A DNA stretch of 64,000 nt, from NCBI GenBank assembly GCA_964583975.1, contig CAZOXU010000001.1:227552-291551 (forward strand), written 5' to 3'. Under the pieces are notes generated by a model, which was given only the letters and a program-made list of their open reading frames with translations, was not told the DNA's origin and searched no databases. Positions within the stretch are counted from its first letter, which is position 1. Each line of letters starts with the position of its first letter. The stretch comes from an uncultured Planctomycetales bacterium (lineage in GTDB: Bacteria > Omnitrophota > Gorgyraeia > Zapsychrales > Fredricksoniimonadaceae). Positions 9,034 to 19,279 of the stretch are shown here, piece after piece. The translations under genes were made by a program, and so were the position numbers.

Positions 9034-9288
9034 GGCTAAGAAGATACTCTTTTTTATTGTACAGAGTATTCAACCTAATTTGAAAAATACTTAGAGTTTT
9101 TAGGTAGCGATTATTTCAGAAGGGATCGGCGTGAGATTGATGGCGTGTTAGTATGATTTTATATAAGTACAGGTATTGTTAACTTGCCATTTTCTTCATC
9201 CAGCCCCGCTTTATAATCTTTTCCCTATCAACTCTATAAAACCTCCTAAGACAAGGATAGCACACTTTAGGAGCTATGCCAGTCAGGG

Positions 9289-11724
9289 CTATCTGTCAAG
9301 AGCTACCGTATGTTTTCTAGAAAACGTTACCTTAGAATTAGGATTATTTTTCTCTAAAAATGATAGGACCATTTCCTGGGGCATGGGTTTACTAAAGAGG
9401 TATCCTTGAGAGTAATCACAGTTTTCTCGCATCAATCGCCTTAACTGAACATTATGCTCAACCCCTTCAGCTACCACTCCGAGTTTCAAAGTGTGGGCCA
9501 GGCTAATGATGGTGGAGGTCATGGCGCTTTCAATGCCACCTTTGGTAAGCTCTTTGATAAACAGATGATCAATTTTAATATTGGAGATCGGCAGGCGCTG
9601 CAAATGTCTAAGAGAAGAATATCCTGTCCCAAAATCATCCAGGGAAATCTTCACTCCCATTTTACGTATTTGTTTAAGTGTAGCGATAGCTGAATCAAAG
9701 GCATCAATGAGAATGCTTTCGGTGACCTCAATTTCCAAGGCATCAGGCAGGAGTTTATTACTCAATAAAGCATTTTTAATAGTGTCCACTATAGCCTTAC
9801 GTCTTAGCTGAGCCACGGAAACATTGACAGAGAGCACAAGATTTTCAAAACCGAGCGCTTCAATCTTTTTAGCAAAACAACAGGCTTCATTTAAAACCCA
9901 CTCGCCTATATTAATGATCAAACCTGTTTCTTCGGCAATGGGAATAAATTCTGAAGGAGATACAACACTGCCATCCTCTCGAATCCAACGTAAAAGAACT
10001 TCGAATCCCCGCACCTTGCCATTTCTAACACCCATGATTGGTTGATAATATAGTTTTAACTGCGACTTAACTAAGGCATCTCTTAAACCCCGCTCGATCT
10101 GCACCTTGGCGACGGCTTTTTCATTCATTTTCTGATCAAAGAAACAATAGGTGTTTCGCCCTGATGCTTTGGCAGCATACATGGCGGTATCAGCATTTTT
10201 AAGCAAATCCTCTAAGTTATTTCCATCATTAGGGAACATGGCAATACCCATGCTAGCTGTTACAAAAAGATCATTACCCCACACCTGGCGGGCACTATTA
10301 AACTTCTCCTTAATGCGCTCGGCAATTTGACGCGCGATATTCTCATTTTCAATGCCATTTAAAAAGATAATAAACTCATCACCACCGAGCCGGGCAATCG
10401 TATCCATCTCGCGCACGCAATCGATTAACTTACTAGCCGTATCTTTAAGTAGTTGATCCCCAATGGTATGCCCTAAGGTATCATTGACATCTTTAAAATG
10501 ATCTAAGTCGACAAATAACACAGCACAAGGCATTACCGAACGCCTTGCACGCGAAAGCCCCACACTGGCTTTTTCAAAGAATAGGGTACGATTGGCTAAA
10601 TTAGTCAGCCCGTCATAGTGAGCCAATGTTATTAAATTCTTCTCTAAATCTTTATGTTCGGTAATATCCTGGGCGACGCCTAAAACACAGGGTTTGCCTA
10701 TCCCAAAAGGATAAAAAGGAATCTTGGTTGTGGAAAGGACCCGCACATCTCCTTGGGCTGTTGTAATGATTTCTTCAGGAATAAATTTCTCTTTTCCAGA
10801 GGCAATAACCTCCAGATCATCTTGCCTAAAATGATTGACCTCTTCTTTGGAATCATTGAAATCAGCATCGGTCTTGCCAACAAGCCCATCAACGGTGGTT
10901 CCATAAGCTTCAGCTACTGAACGATTAACCAAAATAAAACGCCCTTCCATGTCTTTGGCAAAAATAAACTGTGGCACCAAGTCAATAATCTGCCTGAGCC
11001 TTTGTTCATTGCCACGCAAAACCTCTTCTGTTTTCTTACGTTTGGTAATATCTATAATGGAAATTAATACTTTAGAAAGAGAGCCCTCATACCCCGGAAC
11101 TACGGAGAATTGAAAAAAGAGGTACGAGAGCTCCCCTTTGGGAGAACGAACGGGGATTTCCCCTATACAGCGATGGGCCCCTTTAGCTAAAGCAATCAGT
11201 TGCTTTCTAAAAATGACGAGTGATTCTTCAGTAAAGAAACTGGCTAGATTAGGCACTTCTCTTTTATGGGCTATGCCCCAAAAACGTAAGCCTTCTTTAT
11301 TAATATCGGTAATTTTTACCAGACTAGCACAATTTAAGACAGCTTCAGGGTATTGATCAAAATAATCCTTCCAATCATAAACCCCTTCATTTCTAAGCCG
11401 AGTGAAGAAATCTCTAACCCCTGAGAAATCCATTTCAAGAATAGAAATGGCTGCTTCTTGGAAAAGGCAATGATAGCGTTGCTCACTACTTCTAATATTT
11501 TGAATGGCTGTACGAAATAAAAAATAAAGCATGACCGAACAGATAACTACATATCCTATTCCATTAAGAATACAAAGTTCGGTGATAAGTTGATTATCTT
11601 TAACAAATATGACGAGTAGGGCTATTGAGGAAGATATCCAAAAACAAGTAAATATAGCGTAGGTGAAAACAACTTTAACGGGCAGGGATCTTGAACCAGA
11701 AAAGGGTGATTTCTCTTTTTTCAT
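9289..11724 (-). CDS. Membrane-anchored PAS-GGDEF-EAL protein (c-di-GMP cyclase/phosphodiesterase sensor)
   Basis: N-terminal TM helices and PAS-like segments. Intact GGDEF (RLGGDEF). EAL-domain signatures EVLLRW, ISLDDFGTGYSS, EIEVTES. Confidence 0.85.
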   Translation of the reverse strand: MKKEKSPFSGSRSLPVKVVFTYAIFTCFWISSSIALLVIFVKDNQLITELCILNGIGYVVICSVMLYFLFRTAIQNIRSSEQRYHCLFQEAAISILEMDFSGVRDFFTRLRNEGVYDWKDYFDQYPEAVLNCASLVKITDINKEGLRFWGIAHKREVPNLASFFTEESLVIFRKQLIALAKGAHRCIGEIPVRSPKGELSYLFFQFSVVPGYEGSLSKVLISIIDITKRKKTEEVLRGNEQRLRQIIDLVPQFIFAKDMEGRFILVNRSVAEAYGTTVDGLVGKTDADFNDSKEEVNHFRQDDLEVIASGKEKFIPEEIITTAQGDVRVLSTTKIPFYPFGIGKPCVLGVAQDITEHKDLEKNLITLAHYDGLTNLANRTLFFEKASVGLSRARRSVMPCAVLFVDLDHFKDVNDTLGHTIGDQLLKDTASKLIDCVREMDTIARLGGDEFIIFLNGIENENIARQIAERIKEKFNSARQVWGNDLFVTASMGIAMFPNDGNNLEDLLKNADTAMYAAKASGRNTYCFFDQKMNEKAVAKVQIERGLRDALVKSQLKLYYQPIMGVRNGKVRGFEVLLRWIREDGSVVSPSEFIPIAEETGLIINIGEWVLNEACCFAKKIEALGFENLVLSVNVSVAQLRRKAIVDTIKNALLSNKLLPDALEIEVTESILIDAFDSAIATLKQIRKMGVKISLDDFGTGYSSLRHLQRLPISNIKIDHLFIKELTKGGIESAMTSTIISLAHTLKLGVVAEGVEHNVQLRRLMRENCDYSQGYLFSKPMPQEMVLSFLEKNNPNSKVTFSRKHTVALDR

Positions 11725-11846
11725 AAGATAGCCACCAACATTGGTACTGGTTTAACGACTTTTATTAAAGTTGCCTCAATGCTACGCCTGCAGCTAAAAA
11801 AAGTCAACGATTTCCTTTTGGGGGCCTAAAACACTTCAATGTAGGT

Positions 11847-12620
11847 TTAAAAGTGAGGTTTTATGCTGTCTAAGAAGGTGCCTTGACTAAAATTTCCAAT
11901 AAAACTTGTCGCTCCGACTTCATTACACATCTGTGCATCGTGTTCAATGACCTGCCACTCGGCCAAACCGTGCTGCATTTCTTCAGGAGAGATAAACGTA
12001 TAGGTTAAAATACGCGATTTATGGAAAAAATTAAAGCATCGTAACGATTGAATGATTTCCTTAGTATGCGCTTGATCATTCATCTTCAAATCTAACAAAA
12101 CAATGTGCGGAGACATTAAGAAAGCTTTGTGAATAGTGTCTAAAGAGGTTTCTGCGATGGCTACCAAACAATTTTTAGCGATCAACATTTTGCGCATCTG
12201 TTCAGTGATCTTGGAATTAGCTCCACTGATCAGGACCTTGGAATAATGTACTTTATCTAAATTAAAATTGATGCTTTTAATCTTATCGATTAAGGCTGTA
12301 ATATCTGAACTTTTCTGGATAAAATGATCAACCCCTAAAGCGGAAAAGGAATCGAGGAATATTTGTTTGTCTGTGACAATAATGACAGGAATATATTGTG
12401 TCTCTGGCCGTTTTTTAAGCTCTTCATACAGATCCACCCCATCCATATGCGGCATGATCACGTCAGTGACAATCAAATCCACAGGATTTTTGGCCACAAT
12501 TTCCAAGGCCTCTAAACCATTAGCGGCCCACAAAACCTGATAACCATGTTTTTGAAGTGAGGTTTTTACAAAAAGCGCGGTCCCTTTATCATCCTCAGCT
12601 AATAGAATCGTTCGTATCAT
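11847..12620 (-). CDS. Response regulator with two tandem receiver (REC) domains; the second is divergent
   Basis: N-terminal ILLAEDD..LIVTDVIMPHMDG..K receiver signature. A second CheY-like fold, VLLDLKMND, follows. Confidence 0.7.
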   Translation of the reverse strand: MIRTILLAEDDKGTALFVKTSLQKHGYQVLWAANGLEALEIVAKNPVDLIVTDVIMPHMDGVDLYEELKKRPETQYIPVIIVTDKQIFLDSFSALGVDHFIQKSSDITALIDKIKSINFNLDKVHYSKVLISGANSKITEQMRKMLIAKNCLVAIAETSLDTIHKAFLMSPHIVLLDLKMNDQAHTKEIIQSLRCFNFFHKSRILTYTFISPEEMQHGLAEWQVIEHDAQMCNEVGATSFIGNFSQGTFLDSIKPHF

Positions 12621-12644
12621 GATTCTCTCCAGAGTGTTAACACT

Positions 12645-12803
12645 CTAAAATAAAGTATAAATAAACGGAGCGACTGCCGAACCTTGAGCAAATACAACAA
12701 GTAAACCTAATAGAACTAGAATGATCACAATAGGAGCCAACCAAAAACGTTTACGAACTTTTAGAAAATCCCAAAACTCTTTAATAATTGATGCTTTGCC
12801 CAT
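12645..12803 (-). CDS. SxtK-like / DUF5989 small membrane protein (52 aa). Absent from the ORF track because it is under 60 aa.
   Basis: Manual translation: MGKASIIKEFWDFLKVRKRFWLAPIVIILVLLGLLVVFAQGSAVAPFIYTLF. The EFW..RK..W..PI..L..G..AP-FIYTLF pattern is that of DUF5989/SxtK proteins found beside carbamoyltransferases. Confidence 0.55.
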   Translation of the reverse strand: MGKASIIKEFWDFLKVRKRFWLAPIVIILVLLGLLVVFAQGSAVAPFIYTLF

Positions 12804-12812
12804 ATTTCCTTT

Positions 12813-13346
12813 TTAGAATTGTTGATGGTAGCGTTGCTTACTAAAAGGTTCTTGTTCTTTTTTATCCCAATAGCTTGGGCTTGAAACATCTATTTTGCGC
12901 TGCATATGGTCTTTGCCCATTAATCTTAACAAAAAGCTAACGGGTGTAAATACTAAAAAATAGACAGTCGTCAAAATAATGGTGGTAACGGCTTGTCCAA
13001 TGAAATGAGCTCCTTTCATCCATACCTTATAAAAAGGAGTTAAAAGTTCTATTTTTAACACAACTATCCATACCAACACAGCACTTAAAGTATTGCTAAA
13101 AACAATTCCTTCTGAGATTGGATATCGCTTCAGACCAAAAAATGTAGTCAATACTAGGGTAAAATAGATGCCAGCATAAAGCCATGGCCAGCTTAAGGAT
13201 TTCTCGATCACCACAAGGATCATACCAAAAATCAAAAAGGTCGGGATAGGCCCTAAATGTAATTGCCAAAGATGTAGCGCGGCCCACACAGCCAAAAGTA
13301 ATGCCAAACCTAAACCAAACACTTTTACATTATTCTGATTAACCAT
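12813..13346 (-). CDS. SxtJ-like polytopic membrane protein
   Basis: Multi-TM 177-aa protein between the carbamoyltransferase and the DUF5989 gene. This is the classic SxtI-SxtJ-SxtK arrangement. Confidence 0.5.
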   Translation of the reverse strand: MVNQNNVKVFGLGLALLLAVWAALHLWQLHLGPIPTFLIFGMILVVIEKSLSWPWLYAGIYFTLVLTTFFGLKRYPISEGIVFSNTLSAVLVWIVVLKIELLTPFYKVWMKGAHFIGQAVTTIILTTVYFLVFTPVSFLLRLMGKDHMQRKIDVSSPSYWDKKEQEPFSKQRYHQQF

Positions 13347-13347
13347 A

Positions 13348-15177
13348 TCAATCCAGCTCCTGGGAAATCTGCTCTTTCTTATATTGGTCTTTATTGGGTT
13401 GAACCATCTTATCCAGTATAAATCGATTCAGCACTAAATAATCCATATCCGTACACATAAAACAACGGTAAGAGTCTTCCAAGGTACAAACAATCGGTTC
13501 TCCTCTAATATTAAATGAGGTATTGATAATGACCGGGCAGCCGGTTTTCTTATAGAAAGCTTCAAGTGTTTTATAGTAAAAAGGATTGCGCTTTGGATCT
13601 ACTGTCTGCACCCGGGCTGAATAATCCACATGCGTCACAGCTGGTACGGTTGAACGGCGTTGTTTCAACTTAGCAATGCCTGTTAAAATACTATTGCGCG
13701 AGGCAGGATCAATATGCTGTTCTTGAACTGGTGCTACCAATAACATATAAGGGCTTTCACAAGAGATTTTAAAATACTCCTCGGCCTTTTCCTTTATAAC
13801 GCTAGGGGCAAATGGTCTAAACGATTCGCGAAATTTAATACGCACATTCATGGCTTCTTGCATCTTCATGGAACGTGCATCACCTATAATGCTGCGTGCT
13901 CCCAAAGCGCGTGGACCAAACTCCATTCGTCCTTGCACAAAACCAATGACCTTTTCATCCGCAATCAAATTAGCGATTTGATCAAAGATTTGATCGCCTT
14001 CATATTTTTTATAAGGAATATTCTTCCCTTTAAGAAAACTCTCAACCTCTTCATCACTATAGCTAGGCCCTAAATAAGAACCTGTCTGAAGATCTTCTCG
14101 GCCATCGACTGCTCTTGGCTTATCTAAATATTGATACCAGATAAATAAAGCTGTCCCCAAAGCTCCTCCTGCATCACCTGCAGCTGGTTGGATCCAAATA
14201 TTTTTAAAGCTCGTGGCCTCTAAAATCTTGCCATTACTTACACAGTTAAGGGCCACTCCACCTGCTAAACATAAATTCTTCTGGCCTGTGACAAAAGCAA
14301 CATGAGCAGCTGTTTTAATGATAATTTCTTCGGTGACTTCCTGGATCGATCGAGCTACATCCATATAGAATTCGCTTAAAGGTGTCTCGGGCTTTCTGGC
14401 AGGCGCTCCAAACAGACGGTCAAAATTCTTATTGGTCATAGTTAAACCAACGCAATAATTAAAATAGTTCATGTTAAGCTTAAAAGAACCATCCGATTTA
14501 ATATCCACCAAATTTTTCTTAATCAGATCAACATATTTAGGCTCTCCGTATGGGGCCAAGCCCATGAGCTTATACTCCCCTGAATTCACGCGAAAACCAC
14601 AATAATAAGTGAAGGCTGAATATAGCAATCCTAGGGAATGGGGAAAGCGCAGTTCCGATTGTAAGGTAATTTGACTGCCTCGGCCAACACCAAAACTAGT
14701 GGTGGTCCATTCGCCCACCCCATCCATGGTGATAATGGCCGCTTCGTCAAAAGGTGAAGGAAAGAACGCAGAAGCTGCATGCGATTCATGATGTTCAGGG
14801 AATATAATGTCCCCTTCAAAGTCCAATTTATTTTGAATATAGTCTTTGATGAAAAGTTTCTCTTTAAGCCAAACGGGCATTGCTTTTAGAAATGATAGTA
14901 ACCCTGCCGGGGCATAATTAAGATAGGTCAACAAAAGACGTTCGAATTTAATAAATGGTTTTTCGTAGAAACCCACATAGGTGATGTCTTTGATAGTAAT
15001 CCCAGCTTCTTTTAAACAATAGTTAATGGCGTTTTGAGGAAAAGCAGCATCGTGTTTTTTACGGGTAAATCGTTCTTCTTGAGCAGCTGCAATGATCCGA
15101 CCGTCTTTAATAAGAGCTGCAGCAGAATCGTGATAAAAAGCAGAAATACCGAGAATATAAATGGCAGGGTTACTCAT
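13348..15177 (-). CDS. Carbamoyltransferase (NodU/CmcH/SxtI family)
   Basis: N-terminal YILGISAFYHDSAAALIKDGRIIAAAQEERFTRKKHD is the hallmark of the carbamoyltransferase/Kae1-like N-domain. 609 aa. Confidence 0.85.
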   Translation of the reverse strand: MSNPAIYILGISAFYHDSAAALIKDGRIIAAAQEERFTRKKHDAAFPQNAINYCLKEAGITIKDITYVGFYEKPFIKFERLLLTYLNYAPAGLLSFLKAMPVWLKEKLFIKDYIQNKLDFEGDIIFPEHHESHAASAFFPSPFDEAAIITMDGVGEWTTTSFGVGRGSQITLQSELRFPHSLGLLYSAFTYYCGFRVNSGEYKLMGLAPYGEPKYVDLIKKNLVDIKSDGSFKLNMNYFNYCVGLTMTNKNFDRLFGAPARKPETPLSEFYMDVARSIQEVTEEIIIKTAAHVAFVTGQKNLCLAGGVALNCVSNGKILEATSFKNIWIQPAAGDAGGALGTALFIWYQYLDKPRAVDGREDLQTGSYLGPSYSDEEVESFLKGKNIPYKKYEGDQIFDQIANLIADEKVIGFVQGRMEFGPRALGARSIIGDARSMKMQEAMNVRIKFRESFRPFAPSVIKEKAEEYFKISCESPYMLLVAPVQEQHIDPASRNSILTGIAKLKQRRSTVPAVTHVDYSARVQTVDPKRNPFYYKTLEAFYKKTGCPVIINTSFNIRGEPIVCTLEDSYRCFMCTDMDYLVLNRFILDKMVQPNKDQYKKEQISQELD

Positions 15178-16388
15178 AATTGACCAGTTTTACAAACCTG
15201 ACCAAACTTAATTGCGCTGGGCTTTACAGTCCTTTGCTGGGTTTCATAATTCATCTCGATAAGCCCAAACCTTGGACCAAAACCTTTATCCCATTCAAAA
15301 TTATCTAATAGCGACCAATACAAATAACCACGAATATCAACCCCTGCTTGTATGGCCTGATGAACACTTTTTAAATGCTCCGTAATAAATTCCCAACGTA
15401 AATCATCATCCAAGGTGCATATCCCATTTTCTGTAATAATAATAGGCATTTGATACTTCTTTAATTTTAGAAGCACTTGATACAAACCATCTGGATAAAT
15501 ATCCCAACCTAAAGAATTCTTTTTGACGGGAGTATGCCCTTGCTGGCAAACATCACTTAAAAGATTGGTGATCCACCACCCTTTAGTGTCGACTAATTGT
15601 CGGGAATAATAATTGATCCCCATAAAATCCAAAGATTTATTTCTCATCAAGGTATCGAGCAATTCAAAACTAAAACACCAGTCTCTTAAATGTGCTGCTA
15701 GACGATTTCTCAGTGCATTGTTACAGGCAACCATGGCTGGAATATGATGGGCAATACCAACGCTGGGTTCTTTCAGATTAAGCTCTTTATAAACCTTATG
15801 GATCATGCGATAGGCTTTAATATGCGCCTTAACAAGATTATCCTGTACCTTTTTAGCTTTTAATATGGATTTCTTTTGTGGCGGCCACCATCCGAAGAGA
15901 TACGCATGCGAAGAAAAAATGCTCGGTTCATTGATCGTCATCCAATAATTAACATGCCGGCTTAAAGCACGCACAACATATTCACTATAACGCACAAATA
16001 ATTCTGGTGTTCTAGCATTTTCCCAGCCTCCTAATTCTGCCAACCAGATGGGATTCGTGAAATGATGCAAGGTCACCATGGGTTCAATCCCGCGCTTGCG
16101 AAGGGCTAGAATAACATCGATGTAATGCTGCATTTCTTTCGCAGAAAACTCACCTTCTTTGGGTTCGATGCGGGCCCATTCAATGGAAAGACGATGTGCG
16201 TTATGATTAAGGCTTTTAGCCAGATCAAAATCTTGTTCGTATAACTCGTAATGATTGCAAGCTTTGGCAGATTGTTCTTTACCAATTTTCTTCTCCCAGA
16301 CCCACCAATCCACATTACTATTATTACCCTCAACCTGGTAAGAAGACGTAGCCGAACCCCAGAAGAAATTTATCGGAAATTTAAGCAT
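15174..16388 (-). CDS. Glycoside hydrolase family 1 (beta-glucosidase-like)
   Basis: FPINFFWGSATSSYQVEG N-terminus, INEP acid/base motif and ITENG nucleophile motif. Confidence 0.8.
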   Translation of the reverse strand: MLKFPINFFWGSATSSYQVEGNNSNVDWWVWEKKIGKEQSAKACNHYELYEQDFDLAKSLNHNAHRLSIEWARIEPKEGEFSAKEMQHYIDVILALRKRGIEPMVTLHHFTNPIWLAELGGWENARTPELFVRYSEYVVRALSRHVNYWMTINEPSIFSSHAYLFGWWPPQKKSILKAKKVQDNLVKAHIKAYRMIHKVYKELNLKEPSVGIAHHIPAMVACNNALRNRLAAHLRDWCFSFELLDTLMRNKSLDFMGINYYSRQLVDTKGWWITNLLSDVCQQGHTPVKKNSLGWDIYPDGLYQVLLKLKKYQMPIIITENGICTLDDDLRWEFITEHLKSVHQAIQAGVDIRGYLYWSLLDNFEWDKGFGPRFGLIEMNYETQQRTVKPSAIKFGQVCKTGQL

Positions 16389-16446
16389 AGATTAAATTAT
16401 ATCAAAATATATATATTTCGACTCTTAGAAAGTGTAAATTAAACAC

Positions 16447-17739
16447 ATGCAATATTTAATAAAACTGATCAAAAAGACCTATCAGATGGCTGAATCGGAT
16501 GGAAGTTCTACGGTCATCAAAAATGTAGTCTCCTTGTCCCAGCTTCAAATTATTTCCTACGTAGTTCCAATCATTATTCTACCTTATATTTTTAGAATTC
16601 TAGGTGCTGAAAAATTTGGTCTGATCTCTTTTGCACAAGCCTTTGTTCAATATTTTATTATTCTCACAGATTATGGATTTAATGTTTCTGCTACCCAAGA
16701 AATTTCCTTAAATCATGAAGATAAAGCAAGGGTCTCACGCATTCATGCAGCTGTCATGACTATCAAAACAGTTCTGGTTTTATTTAGTTTTCTGATTCTC
16801 TTAGCCATGGTCCATTTTATTCCTAAATTTAGGCATGATGAGTTGGTGTATGTCCTTAGTTTTGGAGCTGTAGTTGGTACGGCCTTATTTCCTCAATGGT
16901 ATTTTCAAGGAACAGAAACCATGAAGTATATTGCCCATTTTAATATCATTGGCGCTCTACTCTATGGCTTTCTTATTATTATATTTGTTAAAGCTCCTGG
17001 AGATTACCTGGCTGTTCCCATCATTACTTCAGCTGTGGCCATAACCGTAGGATTATTAAGTCAATATTTTGTGTTTAAAGAGCTTGGTCTTCCCTGGAAA
17101 TTTCCCCACATCAAAGACATTAGCACTCAACTGAAAGCCGGATGGAATGTTTTTATATCTGTGGTGGCCATTAACACATACACTACTACTCGTATTTTTG
17201 CGGTTGGACTCTTAACTAATAATTCCTTAACGGGATTTTATTCAATTGCTGAGAAAATAGCCAACGCCGTACAAACCTTTCCTTTATCTTCATTTTCTCA
17301 AGCTATTTTTCCTCGGCTTAGCAAAATTTATCATAAAAATAAGCTTAAAGCCTATCAAATCATGCAACAAGTTCAGCAGATCACCGTATGGGTTTCGTTG
17401 ATTTGTTTACCGATTATTTTCGTATTTGCGGAGTTTATTGTAAAAATCGTGTGCGGAGGCGATTATCCAGCAGCGGTCTTATCTTTAAGATTTCTGCTTA
17501 TTTCCGTACTTTTCGTGGCCTCTAATGCATTTCGAGTCCAATTTCTTTTAGTCTGCGGTGAAAGCAAGGTTTATTCAAGGATCCATATTACGATGGCTAC
17601 CATAGGATTACCTTTAATAATTCTCTCAATCTACTCATTTTCCTACGTAGGCGCAGCCATTGCCACAGCCATTATTGAAGGTGGCACGCTGACACTAACC
17701 TATTTTACAATTAAGAATCTAAAATTAATAAGATCTTAG
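16447..17739 (+). CDS. Polysaccharide biosynthesis / oligosaccharide flippase (Wzx, MOP superfamily)
   Basis: 430 aa, ~12 TM, typical Wzx-like profile. One of only two plus-strand genes. Confidence 0.65.
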   Translation: MQYLIKLIKKTYQMAESDGSSTVIKNVVSLSQLQIISYVVPIIILPYIFRILGAEKFGLISFAQAFVQYFIILTDYGFNVSATQEISLNHEDKARVSRIHAAVMTIKTVLVLFSFLILLAMVHFIPKFRHDELVYVLSFGAVVGTALFPQWYFQGTETMKYIAHFNIIGALLYGFLIIIFVKAPGDYLAVPIITSAVAITVGLLSQYFVFKELGLPWKFPHIKDISTQLKAGWNVFISVVAINTYTTTRIFAVGLLTNNSLTGFYSIAEKIANAVQTFPLSSFSQAIFPRLSKIYHKNKLKAYQIMQQVQQITVWVSLICLPIIFVFAEFIVKIVCGGDYPAAVLSLRFLLISVLFVASNAFRVQFLLVCGESKVYSRIHITMATIGLPLIILSIYSFSYVGAAIATAIIEGGTLTLTYFTIKNLKLIRS

Positions 17740-17742
17740 CAG

Positions 17743-18183
17743 TTAGCAACCAATACCGTTAGAGGCGCAAATAGCTCCCCCAGCAATGGTAACAGTTCCC
17801 CCGTTAACAACAGTAGCAGTTCCACTGCCATTAACACCTACAGAATAAACTACATAATATTTCCCATCAGCTGCGAGAGAATAATTATATTCTGTATTGT
17901 TAGCTAAGAATGGATCATACGGTGGCGACATAGGAATGATTTGAGGAGACGCGGTAACTAAATAATTCTGAATCACTGTTGGCGTTGTTGGTGGGTAGGC
18001 CTTAGGTAAAGCATTGGTATAATAAGATTCAATGGCTGATTGCAAGGTGTGCATTTCACCTTTAGCTTGAGCAATTCTAGCCGCATCTTGCATACCCTTA
18101 AATCTGGGAATAGCAATACCAATTAAAATAACTAAAACTGAGATAACTACCAATAATTCTATAATTGTAAATGCCTTTTTCAT
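17743..18183 (-). CDS. Pilin/pseudopilin-like protein with a class III signal-like N-terminus but Ala instead of Gly at -1 (KKA|FTIIELLVVISVLVIL). The track ORF extends to 18219.
   Basis: FTIIELLVV hydrophobic N-terminal pilin helix with Glu at +5. Confidence 0.5.
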   Translation of the reverse strand: MKKAFTIIELLVVISVLVILIGIAIPRFKGMQDAARIAQAKGEMHTLQSAIESYYTNALPKAYPPTTPTVIQNYLVTASPQIIPMSPPYDPFLANNTEYNYSLAADGKYYVVYSVGVNGSGTATVVNGGTVTIAGGAICASNGIGC

Positions 18184-18289
18184 TAGGGTCTCCTTGATTA
18201 AAAATAAATTTATACGCAAATATATACAGCTATATAGGTTATAAGTTCGACTAAAATTATTCTAAACAATAACAGTTTTCTTACAAGTA

Positions 18290-19279
18290 TTACCTTAAAT
18301 ATTTTGCCGCTTCATGAGGGAAGGTGGGAACTATTTGTAAACCCGTCCCCCATTCAAAACCAATACTACGAGTCAGTTTAGGAATAATTTCAATATGCCA
18401 ATGATAACAATCCGGTCGACCGTAATTAATCGGTGATGTATGAAGATAAAAATTGTAAGAAGGATTCGATAAAGTTTTTTTGATACGATTTAAAATATCC
18501 AAAAGGTGTTGAGCCAACCTTTGGATTCCTTCTTCCTCAAGATCTACAAAATGGGCTTGATGGGTCTTAGGCATGACCCACGTTTCAAAAGCATAACGAG
18601 GGGCAAATGGGCAAAAACTAACAAAAGCTTCATTTTCACAGACCAAACGTTCTTTGTCTTGATACTCTTGCTTCAAAATCTCACAAAAAACACAACTTTT
18701 ATTGAGTTTATGAAATTCTTCTGCCCCCTGGATCTCTTCCAAGACAGATTTTGGCACCATGGGTAAAGCAATGATCTGCGAATGGCTATGCTCAATGGTA
18801 GCACCAGCTGAAGACCCAAAATTCTTAAAAATAGTAACGTATTTTAACCTTGTATCAGAGGATAAAGCCTTATACCTTCGTTGGTACTGATTTAAAACAA
18901 GGACCATTTCAGCAACGGTCAAATCAGCCATCTGTTTATTGTGTCGCGGAGTTTCAATGACAACCTCATGGGCTCCATAGCCTGAGATCACATCGAACAT
19001 ACCCACTCCCTCTTTTTCTAAAGGTCCATCATGCCCCAGGGCTGGAAATTTATTAGGAATGGTGCGTATTTTCCATTGATCAACCTTACTCGAAAGACCT
19101 TCTGGACGAATAGCATCAACTTCGGTAGGAGTACGGTTCTCTCGACCAGGACAAAAAGGACAAATCGCCTCTTGTCTTGGGCTATGATCTTCTTTCACAA
19201 AATCATTAGGCCCCTTAGGGTGATCGCTATCAATCACAATCCAACGTCGGGCTATAGGATCTTCTCTTAATTGTGCCAT
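18290..19279 (-). CDS. Galactose-1-phosphate uridylyltransferase-like (GalT/HIT superfamily) protein with intact HxHxQ
   Basis: Zn-binding CPFCPG motif and HSHSQ (HxHxQ) nucleotidyl-transfer motif. Second HIT-like half with CxFC. Confidence 0.7.
   Translation of the reverse strand: MAQLREDPIARRWIVIDSDHPKGPNDFVKEDHSPRQEAICPFCPGRENRTPTEVDAIRPEGLSSKVDQWKIRTIPNKFPALGHDGPLEKEGVGMFDVISGYGAHEVVIETPRHNKQMADLTVAEMVLVLNQYQRRYKALSSDTRLKYVTIFKNFGSSAGATIEHSHSQIIALPMVPKSVLEEIQGAEEFHKLNKSCVFCEILKQEYQDKERLVCENEAFVSFCPFAPRYAFETWVMPKTHQAHFVDLEEEGIQRLAQHLLDILNRIKKTLSNPSYNFYLHTSPINYGRPDCYHWHIEIIPKLTRSIGFEWGTGLQIVPTFPHEAAKYLR

Noticed and set aside
9034-9288. tRNA gene or sigma54 promoter in the 255-nt gap upstream of the pilin genes
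   Set aside because: No cloverleaf-compatible sequence such as a GTTCGAATC-type T-arm was seen. No TGGCAC-N5-TTGC element was found on the transcribed strand.
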